Positions 47,770 through 60,229 of a stretch of 60,229 bases of DNA are shown here, piece by piece. The position numbers and the translations under genes were made by a program. Origin of the DNA: Mesotaenium endlicherianum. Its lineage: Eukaryota. Numbering within the stretch: the first letter of the stretch is position 1; each line of letters opens with the position of its first letter. The notes under the pieces were generated by a model. It was not told the DNA's origin. It searched no databases and saw only the letters and a program-made list of their open reading frames with translations. The stretch spans positions 32,238 through 92,466 of the forward strand of contig WELA01001627.1 of assembly GCA_009602735.1 (NCBI GenBank), read 5' to 3'.

Positions 47770-50161
47770 ATGTCTCAACCATGCACTTCGTCTGGAGCAA
47801 CGCTTGCTGGAATGAGGACGTCCACCGGAGCTTTAAGCGCTCGTCTTCCCCCTAGGGCAGTTGCTGCAAGGTCTGGTCCAGAGTGGGGCCATGTGGCCAT
47901 CGTTGCGGAAGCCAAGTCCAAGAACTCATATCCGAAGGTGAAGTGCATTTATTGCCCTAGGGAGTTTACTGGTGGAGCCACGCGGATTCGTGGCCATTTC
48001 ACGGGAGGCTGTAAGGATGTTAGTCAGTGTGAGGAGGTTCCTGACAATGTTGTAGATCTCATGATTAGCCGTAGCAACGGTAGTGCTAGTTCTCTGTTGG
48101 GAACGCGACGTAGGAAGAGTGCCATGCAAGCTGCACGAAAGCGCGTGCATGAATGGGGTTTTGACGCTAGTGGCTCACCATGTGCAAGTGCTGGAGGGTC
48201 CCCCTCAGGCAGGGAGTCGAGTCAGACCTCTATAAGTGAAATGTTCCAGAAGATGAATGCTGATGTTGTCCATGAGACTGTCGCTCGCTTCTTCTATGGT
48301 ACTGGTTCATCATTCAATGTTGCTCGTAGTGAGTTCTTTAGGGACATGTTGGTTGCTGTCAGTAAGTACACCCAAGAAACGGGTGTTGTGTATGTCCCGA
48401 TGAAGGATAAGCCTCTCGGAAGTACCTTACTAGATAAAGAGGTGCTGAAGATAGAGGCTTGGGAGAATAAACAAAAGAAGGGACTCCCGCAGACAGGTTG
48501 TAGCATTGTAGCAGATGGGTGGACCGATCCATGCGGGCACCCTCTTCTTAACGTGCTTATGGTTGTGGGAGGCACTGAGATGTTCATGGATGCTATCAAC
48601 ACTGAGGGTGAAAGGAAAACGGGTGACTACATCGGTAACCACCTGCTTGCAGCCGTGGAGAAGATAGGGGCCGAAAATGTCGTACAGCTTTGCACAGACT
48701 CTGCAGCTAACATTTTAGCTGGTTGTAATGTGGTTCGCGAGAAGCACCCGCACATATATTGGACGCCTTGTGCTGCTCACATTTTGGACCTGCTGTTGAA
48801 AGACATAGGAAAGATAAAAGAGCTCGAGGGCATAATTGATAGCTTCAAGCACTTGGTCCAATTTGTTGCAAACCACCACATGCCTCACGCTCTTTACCGT
48901 GAGCATGGGGCAAGGCTTGGAAATAAATTGGAGTTGTTGAAGCCAGGGCCCACGAGGTTTGCTAGTAACTTCCTTTGCTTGCAAAGACTCATCGTTGTGA
49001 GGGATACCTTACAAGCTATGGTGTCTGAAAGAAGATGGTTTGAGTGGGCGGCAAAGAATGGTTGTGTAGGTGAGGCTACGGAGATTAGAGACCTAGTTCG
49101 CGACGATGAACTTTGGGAGCGAGTGAAGGTATGGATAGCTGTGTGTGAGCCGATCGTAGTTCTCCTTCGACTAGTCGACTCTCCACAACCTTCTCTCGGG
49201 AAGATCTGGGCTCGCATGAGTGCCATTAAAGAGCATGTGCTTGAGGTTGAAGGACTCAAACCGACACAAAGAACCCAAGTTAAGAAGGACGTGAAGGCTC
49301 GCTGGGACCAACTTCACAGCCCCCTACATTCTGCGGGTAAAAGTCTATTTTGATGTTGCTCACCTTTCTTGCTCGGCGGCTGCTGTTCTCTTGCATGCTT
49401 GTTATTGTGAGTTGATCATTGTTATTGTTATTGTGCTTGTTATTGTTATTGCTCTCTTTTTTGTGATGTGCATTGCGTTCTCATATACTGAGTGTGCTTC
49501 TTGACTTTGTTTGGCTACAGGCTACTATCTGGACCCCGAGTTCCAAGACCATGAGTCTTGGGCAGTTGAGAAGTGTCTACTAACCGATTGGTCCAACGTG
49601 CGGAATACCCTTGTCGGAGGGAGTGTGCTTGATCGAGCGTTGGTGGATCGAGAGTTGGCACTCTACCGGCAGAGCGGTGACATTTTTGGCGATGATGTTT
49701 GCAAGGCTAATAAGACTATGATGCCTGCTCACAAGTGGTGGGAAACATACGGAAGTCATTGTCCTAACCTTCAGCTTCTTGCTATGAGAATATTGTCACA
49801 ACCTGGTTCAGCAGCTGCATGTGAGAGAAATTGGTCTGAGTACGGGTTTGTTCATAGTCCGATTCGCAATAGGCTGCTCCCTACTAGAGCAAAGAAGTTG
49901 GTGTACGTGCATTCTATGTTGAGACTTCAGGAGAAGAGCTTGGACTTCCTTGGACCAAGTGTTGGCGCCACTCCATGGGTTGAAGAAGCGGAGTTCTTGG
50001 AGACACCTGAAGAGGAGGGTCTCAATCTTGCCATGCATGCCTCGTTGAGTGAGGAACAGGAGATAGAGGTAGAGGATGAGGAGGTGGAGGAAGAGGAGTT
50101 GGAGGAGCGACCTAGTGTTTTAGCTCCAGGAAGAAGGAGGCCTAGAGAGATCGGTTACTAG
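47770..50161 (+). CDS. hAT transposase (BED finger, catalytic core, dimerisation domain), two coding exons
   Basis: CIYC...RGH, ADGW, TDSAAN, CAAH, ACERNWS. Intron 49337-49520 restores HSAGYYLDP. No stops seen. Confidence 0.95.
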
Positions 50162-50237
50162 ATGTGTCTGTCAGCTAACATATATGTAGTAGAGGTAGCA
50201 TGTATTCTCACTCACTTTTTTTGGCTAAGTCACACTG

Positions 50238-51112
50238 CACTCTCTATTAAATTTGGCAATTATAAGTACTTCTTAGATCTTGTACACGCTTGTTAAGAGT
50301 TTGCATCTTCTTTACACTTCTTCATTGAAGCTTATTATACCCGATCAAAATGCAATGATATTGCTAAGCCTTCTTATTTTACTAATAAATAAGATAGGAA
50401 GTACAAAAACAATGCTCTGCCTAGCGGCTGTCTCAGTGTTCGACTTTTGGTCGATAAGTCAAATTTCACTCACTCTTAAAAGTAGCATATATAGGTACTT
50501 CTTAGTTCTTATACATGCTTGTTTAGAGTTTGAATCGTCTTTGTACTTCTTCATTTAAGCTTATTGTACTCCATTAAGAAGCAATGATACTTCTAAGCCT
50601 CCTTATTGAATTAATAAAATAATTACAAAGTACAAAAATATGCTCTGCTAAGCAGCCCTCTTAGTGTAAGACTTTTTGTGAATAAGTCAATCACTCTTAA
50701 ACGTAGCATTTATAGGTACTTGTTGGTGGTTATACATGCTTCTTAAGAGTTTGAATCTTCTTCACACTTGTTCATTGAAGCTTATTATACTCCATTAAGA
50801 AGCAATGATACTACTAAGCCTTCTTATTGAACTCATAAAATAGTTAGAAAGTACAGAAAACATGCTCTGCTAAGCGGCCCTCCCATGGTTAGACGTTTTG
50901 TCGAGAAATCAAATTTCAGTCACTCTTAAATATGGCATATATAAGAACTTCTTATTTCTTACACATGCTTGTTAAGAGTTTGAATCATGTATACACCTCT
51001 TCCTTCAAGCTTATTCTACTTGATAAAGTAGTAATGATACTCCTGACTGTTCTTGTTCAACTAATAAATCAATCAGGAAGTACAAAAAACAGGTCTGCTA
51101 AGCGGCCCTCCC
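50238..51112. repeat. AT-rich tandem repeat, about 4 diverged copies of ~225 bp, in the hAT 3' region
   Basis: Recurrent CACTCT...AAGCTTATT...AGTACAAAAA...CTCTGC units starting near 50238, 50471, 50692 and 50921. Confidence 0.85.
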
Positions 51113-53731
51113 AGAATAGGAACGATAAATGCCGTCGACATTATTCATGGACAACGGGTATTTATATTGTTCGAACAAAATGCAGCTTACGTAAGATTCA
51201 GCGTGTGGCAGCGTGGTAAAGCATCGCTCCTTGCATACGGTGACTGGGGATCAAATCCGTTGGGTTGCACCTGATACGTGATTTATCATAATACTTTTTT
51301 CTCAGCAGATAGTGAATGCTAACTACAATGCAGCAAAGACTGGCCTGCCATAGAATCGTGCACGGCACTTCGGATAGCTCTCTGAACCCTGCACCTGGTG
51401 GCGGGAGTTCAAACCCGACCGGTGACGCTCTGATGGTATAGTTTGATCAAGTGTTCGCTAGTCATCGTTTCAAATCGGGCAGTTAAAAATTCCGAACGCG
51501 CACGGAAAAAATTTGCCATTTTGAACAAAAACAAAAGTCTGACACGACATGGTATTTGTACACGTGCGACCGATATCAGACGTCGACGTCGTAGCTACTT
51601 GACGTCGACGCCGTCGTGACTTGGCGTACTAAGCGAACTAGTTCTTTTTTTTGAACACCGTACTAAGCGAACTAGCGTACTAGTCGAACTAAGCGTACAA
51701 GCGTACGACGTAACCCTGAGTTGTCATTCAGCATGCATGCATTGATTGGGATTGTCGCGCGTGACCGCTTAGCCTTTCAGCTGACAATCACGCCTATGTG
51801 GCTGGCTGGCAGCGTTTAGGATGAGCGCTCAAGCCGTGACTGGTCACCTGAGGGTCTGGCCGAGGCAGCACACAACGCCCTTTGCAACATCCTTGCTGCA
51901 CTTGGCTTGGATAGCCGATTGATCAGTACCTTTCTTGGCACTTGCTGGGCTGGCTCATTGCTGGTTCCATGCCCCTAGCCTTTCGGCTGGCTACTCTGTC
52001 CAAATCCCCATCCAGTCCTGGGTGTGGGTTTGCCGTGCCGTGACCACTTTGACAGTGATAACGACTTCAACATGACCGCTGACTGAGATAACTCGATCCT
52101 CTGGTCGGTGAGTCAATGCTGACTTCCCGTACCTGGGCGGCCGTGACTTGCGCTGCGCGTGCGGCACCGTCAAGTGGATAGCAGTCGCGACACGCGTTGA
52201 TGCTTTTTTAGCGTGTATGACATTGTGACGCGGCCACATTTACTTCATGGGATGGTATTGAGAGTAAATCAAAAGGCGAGTTTACCGGCAGGTGTCGCTC
52301 GTCGCAGGGAAGTGATCGCATTTGCAGTCGCACCCACTCGTGGATGTTTTTTCCTGGAGCTAAACTGCCCTGAGGTGATCCCGACTAATTCCCAAATCTG
52401 CTCCAAATTGAACCTCGTGAAAGCGAACGAATGTCGCACTCATAAGTCGCATCAAAGCACGCACGCGGGTAATCACGTCTGCATGGATGGCTTGCACTCT
52501 TGGCTCGCAAGCGCTCGCACGAGGGTCTTGCAAAATTGTCCATATAGTTCGGCGTAGCTCCAAATGCATCCGAATTTGAGTCTTTCTGGCTTCTGCTTTG
52601 TCCAGATGGCATCGAGATGGCTACCTGACCGTTTTCCCGGTATGAGGCGCATATCTGAATAAGTTGTGATTGGTTAGCTCTCTCTCTCAATAGACGTACA
52701 TGTAGGCAGAATCTCCCAAGTTCGTTAATATTCATTCCAACTAACTTTGACTCGGAGACAATTGTTCGTAAAGAACGAAGAAGAGATCACACGTCAAAGT
52801 CCGCCTAAACGGACACCAACTGCCCTGCCACAGGAGAATGCCAGAGCAGGTCACTGTCAGCGACTCAGATTTTTGTGGCAAATGAACATTAAGCAGTAGG
52901 AGATGCACGGGTGTGTACTCGTGACCTCTAAATCATCTGAATGCATGTTCGTCATGCCCTGCAAAGGAATTATTCTCGCACTCTGAAGGCTCTGGCTATA
53001 CTTAGTGCTACTTCCTGCAGCAAGCAACTAAAGGGCGAAGCCACTCATGGCTATACAACTTGTTTCCGACTACTCAAGTAAATAGGTCACTAAGGTTTTG
53101 GTCTATACGAAGTTTAGAGAGCCACTCTTCTTATTCTTCTAGTCAGCATAGGGCTCCCCTCCTCTTCCACGGCCACTTCTATTTTAAAGGTCAAGCAACA
53201 TACTCTTTACTTTAGCTTGTGTCTTAAATAAGTCACCCAAATACCTGCTCGACTTTCCATTCTGGAAACAGCAATGATATGTAAACAGCGTCACTATCTT
53301 TGTGAAGCCTGGATGAGATAACTTTACTATCCTTCGTGTGCATGTTCTCTTTTGTGCTGGGCTAGGAGATCTATTGTGTCTCTTTCAAAGGTAGATTAAT
53401 ATGCCCACGAGGGTTGATAAGGTACTCCTATAAGAGGAAAATATCTTGGTATGCAGATGTGTAGCATCATCTACGAACATTTCAGATGCATGTCTCTGTG
53501 AGGTGCTTCAGAGTCTGGGATTGATATTCCTCTGCAATGATGGATCTTAGCAATGCGAGGTCCTAAGAGGCCGATACCTTCAGGCTCTTACACATTCCTT
53601 TCGAAGCTGAAGTAGTGTTCAAACCGGCTGTCTTGCAGACTCACTGGCTATACAGAACATCAGCAGACTAACACTTTGAAGGGCACACCACTTTTTGACC
53701 ATCACTTCCAGCTATACAATAGGACAATGAC

Positions 53732-55516
53732 ATGTCTCTGAAAGGGGGAGAGTCCTCGTCAAATTCACAGGACACTGATGAGCGTGGCAGCGGTGACAAC
53801 TTTAAGAAGGTGCTTGCTTTTCTCCGCATATCTTGCACTTGCTTCCTCGGTGTAGTGCTTACGTACATGCATGGGAGGCAAATAGCCAAGAAGGTTTGGC
53901 TCAACTTGTTCATGCCTTCTGACATGCAGGGACTTTGGACACCTGAGGAGGATGCCATATTGAGTACTTGTGTACAGCGCTTCAAGGAAGGAAATTGGTC
54001 CACCATAGCTCTGAGATCAGGCCTCACCAGGTGCACTCACTCGACCTACGTGCTTCATTGATTGAAGGCACGTGTGATGGTTCTTTGCTTGCGATACTAG
54101 CATGCAATCGATGCAGGCATTAAGCCTCTGTGTTCGCAAGCTCACTTGGTGCTACTGATGGGGTCAATCTAATAAAGCAGGAGCGGGAAGAGTTGTCGAC
54201 TTCGATGGGTGAAGCATCTAAGCCCGGCTGTGAAGAATGGGCCTCTCACAGAGAAGGAGCAAAGACGGGTGATTGAGCTGCAGTTAGTACACGGCAACAA
54301 ATGGGCTCTGATGGCGTCTTTGCTGCCCGGTCGGTCTGACAACACAATCAAGAACTTCTGGAATTCCCATCGGAAGCGTGCCTTGAGGCGGGCACAAGCG
54401 CAGCAGCACCAGCACCTGTTGCCTGCACCTCGTGGAGCAGCCGCATGTTCCAGAGGAAGACTGCCGGCTGTTTCACGTGATGCCAAGGAGGACATGGTGC
54501 AGCCTCCTGTTGGTGACCACGACCACTCCATGCCTGCTCCTGCATGTGTTCCCATGAGCGAGGACGACCTGGGCTTGCCTTTCGTGTCCTTCTCATCAAC
54601 ATCGTGTGATGAGGAGTTGTCATCAGGCTTCCTGCCAGCAGCGCCTGAAGCGTCGCACGACTCCGACTGCAGCATTGGCATTGGCCATGGGGGGGCGCAT
54701 CAGCTGGCATTTCCCTTGGGCTTTGCATCTCTTGCCAAGTGCCACGCCACCACATCTGCAACATCGCATGCTGACCACTATTCACCCTTTGAGCACGACG
54801 AGAAGAGTCCAACCATGAGAATATCTGGCGAAAATGAGTTGGAAGAAGAGATGGCAGAGCGCAGGAGACTCCGCCACCTGGCAGAAGCTCGGAAAGTGTG
54901 GGAGTTAATAGGAGCAAGCCCAACAGGAATGCGGGAGGCCCTGAGAGAGTGTATGCCGGCTGCCTTGAAGACATCCGCCGTCTCCGCATGTTGCGCGGAG
55001 GCCACTGTGGGGTCCTCTGGGGATGCCCACCTGCTGCTGCCGCCTGGCCTCCATGCGCTTGGAGCCTCGGGAGCCCATCCAGGGCAAGCACAAGAAGGTG
55101 AAGGAGACGACGAGAGACAGGACGAGGCTGGCGAGTACGACTGGCTGGCGCTGCAGGCCGACCCCACATGTCCCGCGGCACCCTGCGACTCCGATCCCCA
55201 CCACACTGACCATGTGTTGGCCCCTGCTGAAGAAAGTCCCGCCAAAAGCGTCATAGTGAGAACAGGAGAGAGTGGGACAGCTGTAGCAAAGCGGGCCAGG
55301 CAGCGGCTGCACACCCCCTCCATGCCCATGTCAGTGGACGTCCCGCGGCTCCCGTTCATGTTCCCAGAAGCTGGATGCCCAACGCCTGCAGACGTGCTGT
55401 TTGCACGCTCCCAGCAGTCGCCCAGCCTTGCGGCTCTGCTGGCTAGCCCTCGCTATGACTGGGCTTGGGGTCCAGGTCGCAACCTCTTCTCGCCTCCTCC
55501 TTTAGGCATGCACTAA
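53732..55516 (+). CDS. R2R3-MYB transcription factor (GAMYB/DUO1-like subgroup), 3 exons
   Basis: Exons 53732-53809, 53930-54030 and 54181-55516 give KKGLWTPEED...NWS...RSGKSCRLRW...GNKWA...LPGRSDNTIKNFWN. Confidence 0.92.
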
Positions 55517-56282
55517 CGGCCCGTCTTATTTCTCGATCTTCCAGAGCCTTTGCACCTCAGTGGGCAACTGGATGTTTATTCGACCAGCTTTGACGATAAT
55601 GTGAAGAATGGAAAAGTGACTATTCTATATTTTTTATGAGCACTCGTCTCCAATAATGTGGGACACTTGTACCTCTTCGCCCACTATTAGTGACTAGAGT
55701 CCGTGCAGTAAGCTTGTTGGAACCCCCGCACAAAATGTGCCAGGCTTAGATCTCCTAAGAGGCGCTTGGTGTGACAGGGAGCCAGCCCAGTTGTGTGGAT
55801 CCTTTGATGCACAACATGGTATACTTCATGCCTGCTGAAAATAAGCTGCGTGACTTTGACATGCTACTCAGCAGCATTGCTTACAGAGCACCTCAAGATT
55901 GTGTGCTAGCCTGAGGTGGTTTTCCGGCAATTTCTTTATTGAACTTGAAAACATGAGCTTGAAGCTGAAAACGTCTGAAGCATAATAATTCCGAACAACT
56001 TGCGTCCCACCTGACTTTTCTAGAATGCATGCAACAACCACACCATATAGTACAAGGCATATAGTCGAAATTTGTGCAAATCGTAATGGCCTAAGAAAGA
56101 GTCATGGCTGTCACAACAAAGCGCCCGTTCTTGGTCTCATCCATTACTGGAACGTCAAGCATCACCCTCCCATAACCAGAAAAGCTGGCACCGGCAAACC
56201 TTTCAGCACCTACTGCCCAAAGTGTCCACCACCAAAATTTGTAAGATTATCTTTCTCTTGAGGACACTTTCAAAAGCTGCTT

Positions 56283-59200
56283 CTAGAAAAGCATAATGTG
56301 TAGGCTGTTTAAATTTATCAACAATCGAGCTCGTTGTAGCACCGAGACGGACAACTGCTCCCTCCTGGGTCTGTTGCACTGAAAGCAAGGAGCCCTGCCA
56401 CCACGACACTAGAGCCCAGCAAGAAGTGTTAGCACGTCATCATTGAGCACCTAAAGAAGGCAAGTCGTGGCTCATAAGTTACAAAGTGAGTCTGCCGGAG
56501 CATTACCCGGAGGACGAGCGCTTTGGTGGCCGGCGGAAGACTCTCACACATCCTCCTCCAAACCTCCTCCTTGTTGCAATCATCAGAAGAATGGCCCTGT
56601 GCGATTTCAAAGCCACGACCTGGCCCCTGTGCGGAGTCCAGAAGTTTACCTTCTTCCTTTTCTTCTTCTCCTTCTCCTCCTGCCTCTACTACAACGCCTC
56701 CAGCTGAGGTGAGGGGGGTGATCACTCTTCTCTCCACGGACACCACAGCTGTTGCGCCACATTGTTTAATGGCTTCCAGAAAAGAACTGAGGGCGAGGGC
56801 GTCTTCCACGCCCTCCACCAGCACAAGGGATGTGCTCGTAGCCCCAGCAACAGCGGAGGGGCCTTGAGGGCCACGGCATGTGATGATGTTGTCCACCACT
56901 TGCAGGGGAGCAGCAGCATGGGGTTGAGTAGGGATGAAGCTGCCAGCCTGCGCTAGGAGCTGAGTGAGGCCCACGCGCTGCAACGTGCGGCCATCCTCCC
57001 CATCATGATGCACAAGCCTCACACTGCCTGAAGCTGTCAGGCAAGGCCTCACATATCCTGCTTCTGCTGCCATCTCTGCAGCAAGAACACCCACAACACG
57101 CAGAGGCACACACGAGCGCACGCGCACACACACACCCACACACACATTGGTTGCTACTGAAGCAGCTGCCTACTTGAAAGTAAGGGTACTCACAATGTGC
57201 AAAGGGAATCCCACACACGGTCCAGCGGAAGAGGAGATGGTGGAGATGGGGGGGGAGGGGGGGGGAGAGTCTGGGGGAGAAAGCAACCTGCAAGAGCACA
57301 CAGCATGTCGAGGTGCGCCAGAGCATCCACCAGCTCCAGCAGCGCTGCCACGTGCCTGCTCTCCAGCTGCCCATCCTCATCTCGGCAGGAGAAGAGGCAA
57401 ATGCTGGCGGTTGCTGAGGCTGAGGCCAAGGCTGGAGCTCCACAGTGATAACAGGTCCCAGGAGGAGGCGGCCTCATGTTGCCCACCTGACCCGCACGCA
57501 GTGTTGGCCGGTAAGACAAGCCGACATGCATGCAGGCACACTTGTAAGGCATCAGCGGTGCAGCTTGGTGCTCCTCCCACTCGCGTCTCCAGGCGCTTAC
57601 CCTCCTCAATAGCGGCACCAGCTTGATGGCGGTTGCAAGCGCGTCAATGTCAAGGCTGGGCAAGCCACGCCCCTCCCGCGCCACCACCTGGCCGACACCT
57701 CGCGCGGCTTCGATGAAGGCCGCCAAGTCTTGCACGTCCCTGCCAACACCCCGCCCCCCACACAACTATTACTTGCCTGCCTGCCTGCCAAATGTGTGCA
57801 ACCAAGGGGGGAAAAGGGGGAGGCACTGACAAATGGTCAGCAGCACAGCACTGGAGGCGCTGCACCACTCGCTCCACGTCGCCCACGCGCTCCAAGCGGC
57901 TCTGCAGTGACTCCCTGACCGCGTGCTCCCGCAGCAGCACCTGCCACGCACAGTGGCTCTCTCTCTCCCTCGTAACCCGGCACGATATGCCAACGTCCAC
58001 GCGACATGTGTAGAGTTGGTTGGCAGGAGAGAAAGGGCACCTCGACGGAGTCAAGGCGCGCAAGGATGGCAGGCAGGTCCTGCAGCGGCCGCAGCAGCGT
58101 GCGCCGTAAGAGGCGTGCCCCCATGGGAGAGCGAGTGTAATCCGAGAGCAGTCCGCCCCAGGGCCAGCCGTCCCCCCCCACCTGATGCATGCAGCACCAG
58201 CACCAGCACCAGCACCAGCACCAGCACCAGCACCAGCACCAGCACCACCGCTGCGGTCACCTTTATTTTTACACGGCGGCGGCAAAACATGTCCCCACCC
58301 ACCCACCCACGGACACACACACGAACTTTACGAACATCCGTACATACTTGGAGAAGCGTGCGGGTGGTGGCGTCCATGGCCAAGGGTGCCTCCTGGTCAT
58401 CACTCCTCCACAAGTGATGCTGCGGCGTGTGGGCCCCCTCCTGCCCCTGGCACTTGCGCGTGATGGTGAAGCTGCTGCCCAAATAGCTGCAGGCCGCCGC
58501 AGCAGTGGCAGCGGCACCGTCAAGTACGGCCGCTTCCTGAGGGACCAGAGTGCATGAAAGGGAGTGGGAGAGGGTGCGCACCTGACAAGACCACCCACAG
58601 CCATGTCTTCCAGCTCTCCCAGGGCCCCAGAGGCTGCTGCGGGATGGATGGAGATGGACACGGAGTGTCGCTGCCCTGCCGCTGCCACGTCACTACTGTG
58701 TATCCACCTGCCCTGCAGCGGCAAGCACCACCATTGACACTCTGTTCATGCTCCACCACAGCAGCAAGCCAGCTAGCCTGGAGAGATGAAGCAGGTCAGG
58801 GCCACTCACCACACCAAGCGGACGGCTCCGGAAATAGTCCAGGGCTTTGGCCACATAGGTGGGACCAGGTGGCGCCTTCAGAGGCATGCTGCTGCCACCA
58901 CTGGGCTCCATGGGTACGTCCACGAGGCGGCCGCCTATACGCCGCTGTCCCGCCCAAGCAGCCACTATTCAGACATGACTATATGGACGGGCTCCATAGC
59001 GCTTCGCGCCCGGGGGTGGGGGGGCGGGGTGTGTAGCAGAGGTACCTGGGAGGCAAAGAGCACGAGACCGGGCGGCGGTGCCATCGCCAGAAGGGCATGG
59101 GCCAATGCTGCGTGTCCCCCCCCCCCNCCTGGTGCCTTTGCATGCACTTCCCACCCACCCTGCCTGCCTCCCCTCCTCCCACCGTCCCTCCCTCCCTCCC

Positions 59201-60166
59201 TCCTCCCGGCAGCGAGAAAGGGCCATAATGACCACAGCGACAACGATCGTCCCCGTTCAATCACCTGTGGAGACATCAACACACGCAAGGCCCCAGGTGT
59301 CAGCCTCTCCCGCGGGCGGAAGAAGCGCAGCCAGGCGGGGGGCGTGCGGCCCCAGGGGAAGGGTGAAGCGCTTGTCCAGCAGCGCCCCCGCAGAGAACAC
59401 GGCGCTCATGCCCCTCCCCTCCTCCTCCTCGGGCATGACGGCCAACCCCCGCCCGCGCGCCAGTAGAGTGACGATGCAGCTGTCAAGCATGCTCGGCGCC
59501 AGCCGCGCCACAGCCACCCCCTCTCGCGGCCCCTGGAGGGCAGTGCCGAGCTCTCTAGCCAGCTGGCGGGCATCGTCATTGTACGCCTCCACAAGGCCCT
59601 TGTCCCTCTGCACACAGACACACATGCACAACCCGTTGCTCTGCGGCCGTTAGTAATGTGGTACGTGCGTGTGCAAGCAAAGTGGAGGAGAGAGGGGGGA
59701 GGGGGGCAGGGAGAGACCGTCCTGACCTGGAGCAGGAGCAGGCAGTGGGACCACTCGCGCTTAAGCTCCTCGTAGCGCCGCAGCACCCGCCTCCCCACAG
59801 GCGCCCTGCTTCTGTCATCCAGCCCCAACTCGCCCACCTCATCCTCTCCTTCTTCTTCCTCTCCTTCTTCTTCTTCTTCTTCCTTGTCGTCGTCAAGGAC
59901 CGCATCTTCTGACGCAGGCTGGAAGCGGGAAAGAACAGGAGCAGCTGCTGCATGGCCAGGAGGCTGCAGCGCCTCGTGCGGCCGGGGGGAGGCGCTGTTG
60001 TGGGCCTTAAAGTGCAGCTGCTCCAGCTCGTGGGGCCGCAGCCCAGCGTCGTGGCACAGGTAGGGCAGGACAGCAGCCAGCATGTTGACGTCGTCCATGG
60101 CGCGGTGCGTCTGCTCCATGGGCTTCAGCTGGTAGTGCACGTACAGCCCCTCCAGCTTCAGCTTCC
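56283..60166 (-). CDS. Multi-exon MutS-family gene with N-terminal DEDDh exonuclease; 5' end outside the window
   Basis: HRAMDDV (ExoIII); YEELK...LLLLQ...EAYNDDA (domain I); [10 protein letters not shown] (II); [18 protein letters not shown]...ARLDSVE (III); [30 protein letters not shown]; terminal [12 protein letters not shown]. Confidence 0.85.
58191..58247. repeat. (GCACCA)n hexamer microsatellite in a MutS intron
   Basis: About 9 direct copies. Confidence 0.9.
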
Positions 60167-60178
60167 CTGCGCGCTTGC

Positions 60179-60229
<51 letters not shown>

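Larger units (their letters stand above)
43686..51718 (+). mobile_element. hAT DNA transposon, apparently complete
   Basis: TIRs CAGGGTTACG(C/T)CGTACGC (17/18 match), perfect 8-bp TSD AGTTGTCA, subterminal CGTAC repeats at both ends. Confidence 0.97.

Overview
Eukaryotic nuclear DNA, most likely from a streptophyte green alga or another non-seed plant (spliceosomal introns, R2R3-MYB, chromoviruses, KDZ transposon); this assignment is inference. About 52 kb is a nest of transposable elements. These are four interleaved Ty3/Gypsy pieces (1-9733), a TRIM with a 5-bp TSD, a decayed KDZ transposase with a convergent ARID-like pseudogene, a gag-only remnant, a 12.5-kb Ty3/Gypsy element and an apparently intact hAT with a perfect 8-bp TSD. 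The 12.5-kb element encodes a DNMT3-like cytosine methyltransferase and a PHD finger. Host genes are two gatA exons, an R2R3-MYB of the GAMYB/DUO1 type, and a MutS-like gene with an N-terminal DEDDh exonuclease and a degenerate ATPase. Top leads: (1) the DNMT/PHD Gypsy element has a DDE integrase but split direct repeats (A...B-A-B) with an internal CA-GC-TG junction, suggesting integration from a 2-LTR circle; (2) the exonuclease-pseudoATPase MutS fusion. There are three assembly gaps (14760-14990, 26251-26381, 39359-40166).
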